From positions 3,770 to 67,769 of the forward strand of contig JAWKQW010000037.1 in the NCBI GenBank assembly GCA_041389945.1: a stretch of DNA of 64,000 nt, in the 5' to 3' direction. Below are positions 50,005 through 59,512 of this stretch, in pieces. The position numbers and the translations under genes are program-made. This stretch comes from Kofleriaceae bacterium (GTDB lineage Bacteria; Myxococcota_A; Polyangia; Haliangiales; Haliangiaceae). Every line of letters starts with the position of its first letter. Position 1 is the first letter of the stretch. The notes under the pieces are model-generated. The model was given only the letters and a program-made list of their open reading frames with translations. It was not told the DNA's origin and ran no database searches.

Positions 50005-50392
50005 TCGCTGAGGTTGTAGTAGTTGGTGACCCGCGCGATCTTGTCGTCGCGCACCTCGAAGAAGGCGCCGCCGGGCAGCCGGTAGGCCTGGCCGCGGGCG
50101 GTGGGCTGGCCGGCGTCGGTGCCCACGTAGCTGCCCTCGACCACGTACTCGGCGGCGAGCCGGTGACGCCGCCCTGGGTCGGGCCGGCGAAGATCGTCAC
50201 GTCGTGGAGCTGCTCGCGGTAGGCCGCGTCCATGCGCGCCAGGAACGCGGCGAACGCGGGCCGCCCGACCTCGCGCTCGCCCTGGTTGAGGTCGTGGGCG
50301 ACGTCGTCGTGGAGCAGCGCCAGCATCGCCGGCCAGTCCTGGCGGCAGAAGGCGTCGTAGTAGGAACGGACGATGGAGGCGGCGTCGGACAC
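49983..50392 (-). pseudogene. SnoaL/NTF2-like (ketosteroid-isomerase-related) protein; one frame switch near 50165
   Basis: GTG 50392: VSDAASIVRSYYDAFCRQDWPAMLALLHDDVAHDLNQGEREVGRPAFAAFLARMDAAYREQLHDVTIFAGPTQGG (frame of ORF 48695..51331). Then RLAAEYVVEGSYVGTDAG..FFEVRDDKIARVTNYYNLSEWLRQVG (ORF 49983..50555). Length 410 nt is not a multiple of 3. Confidence 0.65.
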
Positions 50393-50464
50393 GCCGGCAC
50401 TGTAGCGCGCCGGGCTGGGCCGGGCCTGCGGGCACCGCACGGGGTGGCCTGGTAGCATCGCGGC

Positions 50465-51085
50465 ATGCACCGTACCCGGGCGCTCGCGTTCCTCTCCCTC
50501 GCCGGCCTCGTGGCCTGCGGCTCCTCTCCGCCGGCCACGGGCGGCGGCGGGCCACAGCACCAGGCGGCCGGTCTCGCCGTCGAGGTCGAGGTCTCGTCGG
50601 TCAGCCTCGCCGACGACTGTGGCGATCTCGACGGCGGCCTCGGCGCGTCGTCGGCGATCGCCGAGCGCTCGTCGATGGCCGCCGACTGCGCGCCCGACGC
50701 CGACTGTGGCGGCGGCTGCGAGCAGACCACCATGCAGCTCACCCTGTCGGCGGCCGACGCCGGCCCGGCCACCCAGGTCGAGGTGATCAAGGTCGAGCTC
50801 GTCGACGGTCAGGGCGCGGTGGTCGGCGTGCTCACGCCGCGCACGCCCCGGCTCTGGGACGGCGAGCGCGGCGTGTACGTCGCGTGGGACGGTGCCATCA
50901 CCGCCGGCCAGGACATCGCCGCGAGCGTCGATCTGTCGGCGCCGGACTGGGGCTCCATCCCCGGCGGCCGCTGGGGCGACGGCGGCACCCTCGCCGCGCG
51001 GGTCACGCTGTCGATCGGCGGCGAGACGGTGGTGCGCTCGTCGTCGGCGACCGCGGTGGCGCCGGACCCGATGGTGGTGACGTGA
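50465..51085 (+). CDS. Lipoprotein of unknown function, paralog 1
   Basis: ORF 50465..51085 (206 aa): MHRTRALAFLSLAGLVAC.., VEVEVSSVSLADDCG, CEQTTMQLTL, VIKVELVDGQGAVVGVLTPRTPRLWDG..YVAWDG, ending DPMVVT. Confidence 0.7.
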   Translation: MHRTRALAFLSLAGLVACGSSPPATGGGGPQHQAAGLAVEVEVSSVSLADDCGDLDGGLGASSAIAERSSMAADCAPDADCGGGCEQTTMQLTLSAADAGPATQVEVIKVELVDGQGAVVGVLTPRTPRLWDGERGVYVAWDGAITAGQDIAASVDLSAPDWGSIPGGRWGDGGTLAARVTLSIGGETVVRSSSATAVAPDPMVVT

Positions 51086-51738
51086 GCCGCGCGGCGGTGT
51101 GCATGGCCGGGCTCCTCGCCGCCAGCGGCGGGTGCAGCAAGGCCGCCGAGCCGACGGGGCCCGGGCATGCATCAGCCGCCGCCGCCTGGCGTCGTCGTCG
51201 AGGTTTCGTCCGCGACCCTCGGCGATGATTGCGGACCGGCGCCCGCGCCGCCGTCGCCAGCGAGGACGTGCCGGCCGTCGCCGCCAACGAGGTCGCCAAG
51301 CCGATGGAGCGCCGCGCGGCGCCGGCCGCACCGGGCGCGGCGATGGCCGACTGCGGAGGGCCAGACTGCGGCGGCCCGCCGTGTCAGCAGGCGACGCTGC
51401 AGCTCGTGGTGCGGCACCAGGCCGGGGCCGCGCACCGGATCGAGCTGGTGAAGCTCGAGCTGCTCGACGCCGCCGGCGCGGTGCTCACGCCGCTGACGGT
51501 GCGCGTGCCCTCGGCGTGGGTCGGCGACCGCGGCTACCTGGCCTGGGACGGCCGGGTCGACGTCGGCGCCGAGGTCCGCGCCAGCTACCCGCTGGTGGTC
51601 GGCGACTGGAGCAAGGTCCCGGCGGGCGCTGGGGCAGCGGCATCGTTCCAGGTCCAGGTCACCGCCCGCGTCGACGGTGGTCCCGAGGTGGTCGCGACCG
51701 GCGCGTCGGTCGGCGTGATGCCGATGATCGTGACGTAA
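51084..51738 (+). pseudogene. Lipoprotein of unknown function, paralog 2; two frame switches (~51170 and ~51250)
   Basis: GTG 51084 overlaps the paralog 1 stop: VSRAAVCMAGLLAASGGC / PPPPGVVVEVSSATLGDDCGPAPAPP / ..CQQATLQLVVRH..LVKLELLDAAGAVLTPLTVRVPSAWVGDRGYLAWDG..MPMIVT (ORF 51229..51738). Confidence 0.6.
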
Positions 51739-51779
51739 CCGGTCGCGCGGCGCAGGCCCGCCGGGCCCGGGCCGGGCGA

Positions 51780-53690
51780 CTAGAGCTCGATCTGCAGGCC
51801 CAGCTCGACCACCCGGTTGGGCGGGAGCTGGAAGAAGTCCGTCGGCGGCCGCGAGTTGCGCGCGAGGAACGAGAACAGCACCTTGCGCCAGCGCGCCAGC
51901 TTGCTGCGACCGCTGACGATGAGCGTCTGCCGGCCGAGGTAGTAGGTGGTGTCCATCGGGTTCCAGGTGAGCCCGTGGCCCTCGGCGCGGGCCAGGATGC
52001 GCGGCACGTTGGGCTGCTGCATGAAGCCGCACCGGGCCACCACCCGGAAGAAGCCCTGCTCGAGCGGCGACACCGTCAGCGAACGCTCGCCGAAGACGAA
52101 CGGCACGTTGTCGGTCTCGATCGAGAACAGCACCACCTGCTGGTGCAGCACCTTGTTGTGCTTGACGTGGTGCATCAGCACGTTCGGGATGCCGGTCGAC
52201 GACGACGCCATGAACACCGCGGTGCCCGGCACCCGCGGCAGCGGGTTGCCGGCGATGTCGGCGAGGAACAGCGGCTCATCGATGGCGCCGGTGTCCATCA
52301 CCGTCGACAGATCGAGGCGGCCGCGCCACCAGGTGGTCATCAGGACGAACATGCCGACGCCGATCGCCAGCGGGAACCAGCCGCCGCTGGAGACCTTGGT
52401 GACGCACGCCGAGAAGAACGCGGTGTCGATGAGGATCATCGGCACGCACACCGCGAGGGCCAGCGGCATGCTCCAGCCCCAGCGCACCCGCACCAGGCGG
52501 AAGAACAGGCACGAGCCGATCAGCATCGTGCCGGTGACCGCGATGCCGTAGGCCGCGGCCAGGTTGGAGCTGGTCTTGAACGCCAGCACCAGCGCCACGC
52601 AGGCCACCATCAGGATGTACGTGACCTCGGGGATGTAGATCTGGCCCTCGCTCTTGCCCGAGGTGTGCACGATCGTCATGCGCGGCAGGTAGCCGAGCTG
52701 GATGGCCTGGTTGGTCACCGAAAACGCGCCGGAGATCATCGCCTGCGACGCGATGATCGCGGCCATCGTCGCCAGGACGATCATCGGAACCAGCAAGGTC
52801 GGCGGCACCAGCTCGTAGAACGGGTTGTCGACGGTGCCGGGCGGCTTGCTGAGGAACAGCGCGCCCTGGCCGAAGTAGTTCAGGAGCAGCCCGGGGAACG
52901 CGATCGTGAACCACGCCAGCCGGATCGGCTTCTTGCCGAAGTGGCCCATGTCGGCGTAGAGGGCCTCGCCGCCGGTGACCACCAGCAGCACCGAGCCGAG
53001 CAGCAGGAACCCGTGCCAGCCGTTCTCGAGGAAGAACCGCACGCCGTAGTACGGGTTGACGGCCTCGAGGACCTCGGGCCGCGCCAGGATGTGGCGCAAG
53101 CCGAGGGCGCCGATCGCGAGGAACCAGACCAGCGTGATCCAGCCGAACACCGAGCCGATGCGGGCGGTGCCGAAGCGCTGCACCATGAACAGGCCGATGA
53201 GGATCGCCACCGTCAGCGGCACCACCCAGGTCGACAGCGACGGGTTCTGCTCGCTGATGCCCTCGATCGCGCCGAGGATCGAGATGGCCGGCGTGACCAT
53301 GCCGTCGCCGAAGAGCAGGCCAGTGGCGAACATGGCCAGGAGCGCGACCAGCCCGAGCTTGCGGATGCGGCCGGCTTGCTTGCCGGTGACCAGCGCCGCC
53401 AGCGACACGGTGCCGCCCTCGCCCTTGTTGTCGGCGCGCAGGATGAAGATGAGGTACTTGCCGACGATCACGAGCGTCAGCGCCCAGAACATCAACGACA
53501 CCACGCCGAGCACGTTGTCGTGGCGCACCGGCACCGCGTGCGGCGACGCCAGGCACTCGCGCATCGCGTACAGCGGCGAGGGTGCCGATGTCGCCGTACA
53601 CCACGCCGAGGGCGCCGAGGAGACGGCCGCGAGCTCGCGACCGCCGCGCAGGGTGTGGGCGCCGTGATGACTCTCGCTTGCTTCGCTCAC
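51780..53690 (-). CDS. kup: KUP/HAK/KT-family potassium transporter; ORF is open, but a compensated pair of frame switches scrambles the conserved N-terminal motif
   Basis: ORF 51780..53690 (636 aa): NVLGVVSLMFWAL, DNKGEGG, GDGMVTPAISILGA, TGGEALYADMGHFG, HTSGKSEGQIYIPEVT. LLGALGVVYGDIGT is readable only in another frame (53581-53620). Confidence 0.9.
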   Translation of the reverse strand: MSEASESHHGAHTLRGGRELAAVSSAPSAWCTATSAPSPLYAMRECLASPHAVPVRHDNVLGVVSLMFWALTLVIVGKYLIFILRADNKGEGGTVSLAALVTGKQAGRIRKLGLVALLAMFATGLLFGDGMVTPAISILGAIEGISEQNPSLSTWVVPLTVAILIGLFMVQRFGTARIGSVFGWITLVWFLAIGALGLRHILARPEVLEAVNPYYGVRFFLENGWHGFLLLGSVLLVVTGGEALYADMGHFGKKPIRLAWFTIAFPGLLLNYFGQGALFLSKPPGTVDNPFYELVPPTLLVPMIVLATMAAIIASQAMISGAFSVTNQAIQLGYLPRMTIVHTSGKSEGQIYIPEVTYILMVACVALVLAFKTSSNLAAAYGIAVTGTMLIGSCLFFRLVRVRWGWSMPLALAVCVPMILIDTAFFSACVTKVSSGGWFPLAIGVGMFVLMTTWWRGRLDLSTVMDTGAIDEPLFLADIAGNPLPRVPGTAVFMASSSTGIPNVLMHHVKHNKVLHQQVVLFSIETDNVPFVFGERSLTVSPLEQGFFRVVARCGFMQQPNVPRILARAEGHGLTWNPMDTTYYLGRQTLIVSGRSKLARWRKVLFSFLARNSRPPTDFFQLPPNRVVELGLQIEL

Positions 53691-53803
53691 TGGCAGGACC
53701 CCACCGCGTCTGCGCGGCGCCGCGGGCCTACCACGCCGGGGCCAGCGGGCTCAATCGCCGGCGCGGTTGACAGCCGGCGCCGGAGCATGCGAGGCCTACC
53801 CCT

Positions 53804-55285
53804 ATGAGTAGAACCGCCGTGAATCTACGAGGTTGGGGCCGCCGGGCGGGCCTGGTGGGGCTGCTGGCCGTGGCCCTGGGCGCGACCGCGTGCAAGGGGA
53901 TGAGCGGCGAGAAGGAGGGCGCGGCCGGCAGCGGCGGCGCCGCGCCGTCGACCGGGCCGATCAAGGTCGGCCACTACGCGTCGCTCACCGGCAACGAGGC
54001 GACCTTCGGCGTCAGCACCGACAACGGCATCCGGCTCGCGGTCGAGGAGCGCAACGCCGCCGGCGGCGTGAAGGGCCGCAAGATCGAGCTGAAGACCCTC
54101 GACACCGCCTCGCAGGCGGCGCAGGGCGGCACGGTGGTCACCCGCCTCATCAGCCAGGACAAGGTGGTGGCGGTGCTCGGCGAGGTCGCCTCGAGCATCT
54201 CGCTCGCCGGCGGTCAGGTCGCCCAGCAGCTCGGCGTGCCGATGATCTCGCCGTCGTCGACCAACCTCAAGGTCACCGCCATCGGCGACAAGATCTTCCG
54301 GGTCTGCTTCACCGACGACTTCCAGGCCTACGTCATCGCCAAGTTCCTGCGCGATGACCTCAAGCTCGATCGGGTCGCCATCCTGCACGACCAGCAGCAG
54401 GCGTACTCCAAGGGCCTCGCCGACGACTTCCGCAAGATCTTCGTCGAGCTCGGCGGCACCATCGCCGGCGACCAGACCTACACCGGCGGCAACCCCGACG
54501 TGTCGGCGCAGCTCCAGACCATCAAGAGCGCCGGCGCCCAGGCGGTGTTCCTGCCCGGCTACTACACCGACGCCGGCAACTACATGCAGCAGGCGAAGAA
54601 GATGGGCCTGACCGTGCCGTTCCTCGGCGGCGACGGCTGGGACTCGGCCGAGCTCATCAAGATCGCCGGCGACGCCATCGAGGGCAGCTACTACTCCAAC
54701 CACTACTCACACCAGGACGAGCGGCCCGAGGTGCAGAAGTTCGTCGCCACCTACAAGGCCAAGTTCGGCGCGGTGCCCGACGGGCTCGCGGCCCTCGGCT
54801 ACGACGCCGCGCGGGTCTTGTTCGACGCGATGGAGCGAGCGCCGTCGCTCGGCGGCGCGGATCTGGCGGCGGCGATCGCGGCCACCAAGGACTTCCCGGG
54901 CGTGACCGGCGCCATCACCATCGACGGCAACCGCAACGCGCAGAAGAAGGCGGTCATCCTGCAGGTGAAGGACGGCGTCCCGACCTACGTCACCAGCATC
55001 TGGCCCAAGGGCATGGCGCCGGCGGACGACGCCGCGGCGGGCTCGGGAGATGGCTCGGCGGCGGCGGCGGGGTCCGCCGATGGCTCGGCGGCGGCGGCCC
55101 CGGCGGACGGCTCCGCGGCGCCGCTGGGGCTGCAAGGCGGCCTCGGCGGCGGGGGTGATGGCACCGGCGCTGGCGACGGCGAGGGCGGCGGCATGGGCCG
55201 CGGCAAGGGCACCGGGATGGGCAAGGCCGACCGCAAGGCCGAGCCGCTGCCCACCAAGATGGACCCCGACGACGGCGGCGAGTAG
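53804..55285 (+). CDS. LIV-type (branched-chain amino acid family) ABC substrate-binding lipoprotein with a ~90 aa low-complexity tail
   Basis: ORF 53804..55285 (493 aa). Lipobox LGATAC. IKVGHYASLTGNEATFG, AVLGEVASSISLAG, PMISPSSTN. Tail AADDAAAGSGDGSAAAAGSADGSAAAAPADGSAAP..GMGKADRKAEPLPTKMDPDDGGE. Confidence 0.9.
   Translation: MSRTAVNLRGWGRRAGLVGLLAVALGATACKGMSGEKEGAAGSGGAAPSTGPIKVGHYASLTGNEATFGVSTDNGIRLAVEERNAAGGVKGRKIELKTLDTASQAAQGGTVVTRLISQDKVVAVLGEVASSISLAGGQVAQQLGVPMISPSSTNLKVTAIGDKIFRVCFTDDFQAYVIAKFLRDDLKLDRVAILHDQQQAYSKGLADDFRKIFVELGGTIAGDQTYTGGNPDVSAQLQTIKSAGAQAVFLPGYYTDAGNYMQQAKKMGLTVPFLGGDGWDSAELIKIAGDAIEGSYYSNHYSHQDERPEVQKFVATYKAKFGAVPDGLAALGYDAARVLFDAMERAPSLGGADLAAAIAATKDFPGVTGAITIDGNRNAQKKAVILQVKDGVPTYVTSIWPKGMAPADDAAAGSGDGSAAAAGSADGSAAAAPADGSAAPLGLQGGLGGGGDGTGAGDGEGGGMGRGKGTGMGKADRKAEPLPTKMDPDDGGE
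55049..55123 (+). repeat. Three tandem units (30 + 27 + 18 nt) encoding (G)DGSAAAA(x)
   Basis: gatggctcggcggcggcggcggggtccgcc / gatggctcggcggcggcggccccggcg / gacggctccgcggcgccg. Confidence 0.8.
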
Positions 55286-55309
55286 CCCGGTGGCGGGAGG
55301 CGACCGGCC

Positions 55310-56230
55310 TTGACCACGCTGCTGCAGACGCTCGTCAGCGCGCTGTCGCTGGGGAGCGTGTACGCGCTCATCGCGCTCGGGTACACGCTCGTCTACGGCG
55401 TCCTGCGGTTCATCAACTTCGCGCACTCCGACGTCTTCACCCTCGGCGCCTGGAGCGCGGTGTCGGTCGCCGGCGCGATCGGCTGGTCGGTCACCGGCGG
55501 CGGTCACTTCGCGCTGCCGGTGGTGCTGGCGGCGTCGATGGCGATCTGCGCGGTGGTCGGCGTGACCATCGAGGCCCTGGCGTACCGGCCGCTGCGGCGG
55601 GCGCCGCGCCTCAACGTGCTCATCACCGCGATCGGCGTGTCGCTGCTCATGCAGAACGTCGGGCAGCTGCGGTGGGCGTTCGGGCCGACCCCGACGGCGT
55701 CGCCCCGGCTGATGACCGACCACACCGTCACCACCCTGGCCGGCGTCCGCATCGGCACCGTCGACGTGGCGATCGTGGAGCTCGCGGTGATGCTGATGCT
55801 CTGCCTCGAGGTGCTGGTGTACCGGACCCGGCTCGGCCGGGCGATGCGCGCGGTGTCGTTCGACGAGCGGACCGCGTCGCTGATGGGCATCAACGTCAAC
55901 CGGGTGGTGTCGATCACCTTCGCGATCGGCTCGGCCCTGGCGGCGGCCGCCGGCGTCATCTACACGATGAAGTACCCGACCGTCGGCCAGCCCGCCGACG
56001 CCACCTGGATCCTGCTCGGCCTCAAGGCGTTCATCGCCGCCGTCGTCGGCGGCATCGGCAACGTCCGCGGCGCGGTCGCCGGCGCGATGATGATCGCCGG
56101 CCTCGAGAAGTTCGGCGCCGCCTACGTGTCGTCGCGCATGGAGAACGTCTACGTGTTCGCCGTGCTCATCCTGGTGCTCTTGCTCCGGCCCAGCGGCCTG
56201 TTCGGCCGCGCCGTGGTGGAGAAGGTCTGA
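55310..56230 (+). CDS. livH: Branched-chain amino acid ABC permease (LivH family)
   Basis: ORF 55310..56230 (306 aa, TTG start): LSLGSVYALIALGYTLVYGVLRFINFAHSD. Confidence 0.9.
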   Translation: MTTLLQTLVSALSLGSVYALIALGYTLVYGVLRFINFAHSDVFTLGAWSAVSVAGAIGWSVTGGGHFALPVVLAASMAICAVVGVTIEALAYRPLRRAPRLNVLITAIGVSLLMQNVGQLRWAFGPTPTASPRLMTDHTVTTLAGVRIGTVDVAIVELAVMLMLCLEVLVYRTRLGRAMRAVSFDERTASLMGINVNRVVSITFAIGSALAAAAGVIYTMKYPTVGQPADATWILLGLKAFIAAVVGGIGNVRGAVAGAMMIAGLEKFGAAYVSSRMENVYVFAVLILVLLLRPSGLFGRAVVEKV

Positions 56231-57386
56231 TGCGCACCCTCGCCGAGCGGGTCGCGGCGGCGGCCGCCGAGCGCACCGTCGGCCAGCGCCTGGGCGCCGC
56301 GTTCGGCGCCGCGTGGCCGCTCGCGATCGGCATCGCGATCGCGGTGGTGCTGCAGACCGCGGTGGCGCCGGCGCTGGGCGACTACCACGCGCGGGTCCTG
56401 CTCGACGCCGGCATCGCCATCCTGGTCGCCTCGTCGCTCAACATCGTCAACGGCTTCGCCGGCCAGTTCTCGATCGGCCACGCCGGCTTCATGCTGCTCG
56501 GCGGCTACGCGGCGGCGGTGGTCACCTACTACGGCTCGATCAAGCTGTGGGGCAGCCCGCTGGTGCACGGCGGGTTCCTCGGCAGCGGCGACTGGCTCTT
56601 CCTCGGCGCCTGCGTGATCGGCGGCCTGGTGGCGGCGGTCGCCGGCCTCGTCGTCGGGCTGCCGTCGCTGCGCCTGCGCGGCGACTACCTCGCGATCGTC
56701 ACCCTCGGCTTCGGCGAGATCTGCCGGGTCGTGGTGCAGCTCTCGGCCGACGTGGTGCCGGCCGCCGAGGTCGGCGACCGCTCGATCGTCGAGCTGGCCA
56801 ACAACGTCGGCGGCGCGCTCGGCTTCTCGCCGCCGCCGCCGACCTACGTGTCACCCACGCCGTGGCTGGGCGGCACCGGCCACGCCGGCATCTTCTTCGT
56901 GTTCGCGCTGGTCGCGGTGGTGCTCATCGTCGCCCACCGCCTCAAGCGCTCGAGCGGCGGCCGCGCGCTGCTCGCCGTGCGTGAGAACGAGATCGCCGCC
57001 GAGGCGATGGGCATCGACACCAGCCGCGCCAAGGTGGTCGCGTTCGTCCTGGCGGCGTTCTTCGCCGGCATCGGTGGCGCGCTCTACGCCCACGAGTTCG
57101 GGGTGACGCTGGGTCCCAAGGACCTCGGCTTCCAGAAGTCGATCGACCTGGTCATCATCGTCGTCCTCGGCGGCATGGGCTCGATCAGCGGCGTGGTGCT
57201 GTCGGCCACGATCCTGACGATCCTGCCGGAGCTGTTCCGCGAGTTCGCGCAGTACCGGATGCCGATCTACGCGCTCGCGCTCATCGTCGTGATGATCCTG
57301 CGGCCGCAGGGCCTGCTCGGGGTCAAGGAGCTGTGGGAGCTGTCGATCTGGGGCCGGCTGTGGCGCCGGCTGCGCGGGAGGTCGGC

Positions 57387-57390
<4 letters not shown>
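56230..57390 (+). CDS. livM: Branched-chain amino acid ABC permease (LivM family)
   Basis: ATG 56230 overlaps the livH TGA, in the frame of ORF 55672..57390: LNIVNGFAGQFSIGHAGFM, LRGDYLAIVTLGFGEI, AVRENEIAAEAMGI. Confidence 0.9.
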
Positions 57391-58180
<790 letters not shown>

Positions 58181-58184
<4 letters not shown>

Positions 58185-58897
58185 CCGCGCTGCTCAAGGT
58201 CGAGGACCTCGGCGTCCACTACGGCGGCATCCACGCGCTGCGCGGGGTGTCGTTCGAGGTGCCGCAGGGGCAGGTGGTGGCCCTCATCGGCGCCAACGGC
58301 GCCGGCAAGACCACGACCCTGCGCGCCATCTCGGGCATGGTGAAGGCGTCGTCGGGCAAGGTCACCTTCGCCGGGCAGGACGTCACCGGGCGCGCGCCGC
58401 ACAAGCTGGTGGCGATGGGGCTCGCCCACGCGCCCGAGGGGCGCGGCATCTTCGCCAACCTCACCGTCGAGGAGAACCTCGAGCTCGGCGCGTTCCTGCG
58501 GCGCGACCGGGCGGCGGTGGCGCGCGATCGCGACCACGCGCTCACGCTGCTGCCGCGGCTGCGCGAGCGCCTCACCCAGAACGCCGGCACCCTGTCGGGC
58601 GGCGAGCAGCAGATGCTCGCGATCGCGCGGGCGCTGCTGTCGCGGCCGCGGCTCCTGCTCCTCGACGAGCCGTCGCTGGGGCTGGCGCCGCAGCTGGTGC
58701 AGACGATCTTCGGCATCATCCGCACCATCGCCGCCGAGGGCACCACGATCCTGCTGGTCGAGCAGAACGCGCACATGGCGCTGGGCGTCGCCCAGCACGG
58801 CTACGTGCTCGAGGTCGGCACCATCGCCACCTCGGGGCCGGCGGCGACCCTCGCCAGCGACGACGCCATCCGTCGGGCCTACCTGGGCGTGCACTGA
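58181..58897 (+). CDS. livF: Branched-chain amino acid ABC ATPase (LivF family)
   Basis: GTG 58181 (GTGA overlap), in the frame of ORF 57728..58897: GANGAGKTT, LSGGEQQMLAIARAL, LLLDEPSLGLAP. Confidence 0.92.
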
Positions 58898-58969
58898 TTC
58901 TCGCTGGCGCTGCTTGGCGCCCGGCGCGCCTTGCTGCCCGAGGTCGTCCCGGGGCGTCTCCGGAGGCGC

Positions 58970-59458
58970 TCAGGCGGCGACGTCGACCAGGGTCGGCGCG
59001 AGCACGCGCACCAGGTCGGCCGGCGAAAGCTCGACCAGGAACCCGCGCGCGCCGCCGTTGATGTACAGGCGCGGCAGCGTCGCGATGCTCGCCTGGGCAT
59101 AGATCGGCATGGCCCGGCGCAGGCCGAAGGGCGAGGTGCCGCCGACCTGGTAGCCCGAGTGGCGATCGGCGACCGCCGGCGCGCACGGGCCGACCTGCTT
59201 CTTGCCGAGCAGCCGCGCCAGCGCCTTGGCCGAGACCTCGCGGTCGCCGTGCATGAGCACGCACAGGGGGGCGCCGGCCTCGTCCTCGAAGATCAGGGTC
59301 TTGATGACGAGGTGCTCGTCGACGCCGAGGTGCCGCGCCGACGCCGCGGTGCCGCCGTGCGCCACCCACGGATAGCGGTGCGGCGAGAACGCGCAGCCGG
59401 CGGCGCGCAGCGCGCGGATCGCCATGGTCACGGGCACCTTGTCGGCGGAGCGGGCCAT
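58970..59458 (-). CDS. ybaK: Cys-tRNA(Pro)/Cys-tRNA(Cys) deacylase (YbaK/EbsC family)
   Basis: ORF 58970..59524, ATG 59458 (MARSADKVPVTMAIRALRAAG). VIKTLIF, RHSGYQVGGTSPFG, INGGARG. Confidence 0.85.
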   Translation of the reverse strand: MARSADKVPVTMAIRALRAAGCAFSPHRYPWVAHGGTAASARHLGVDEHLVIKTLIFEDEAGAPLCVLMHGDREVSAKALARLLGKKQVGPCAPAVADRHSGYQVGGTSPFGLRRAMPIYAQASIATLPRLYINGGARGFLVELSPADLVRVLAPTLVDVAA

Positions 59459-59512
59459 CGGCGGCCGAGGTTGCCACAGCCGCCGATCGGGTATCCTGCC
59501 AGGGCCGCGCCG

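Noticed and set aside
50440-50464. TGGTAGcatcgCGGCA immediately before the paralog 1 start as a sigma54 promoter
   Set aside because: Both elements are poor matches, and the sequence abuts the ATG, leaving no room for a transcript leader.
53767-53772. Perfect TTGACA upstream of the LIV binding-protein gene as a -35 box
   Set aside because: No acceptable -10 hexamer lies at a 16-19 nt spacing.
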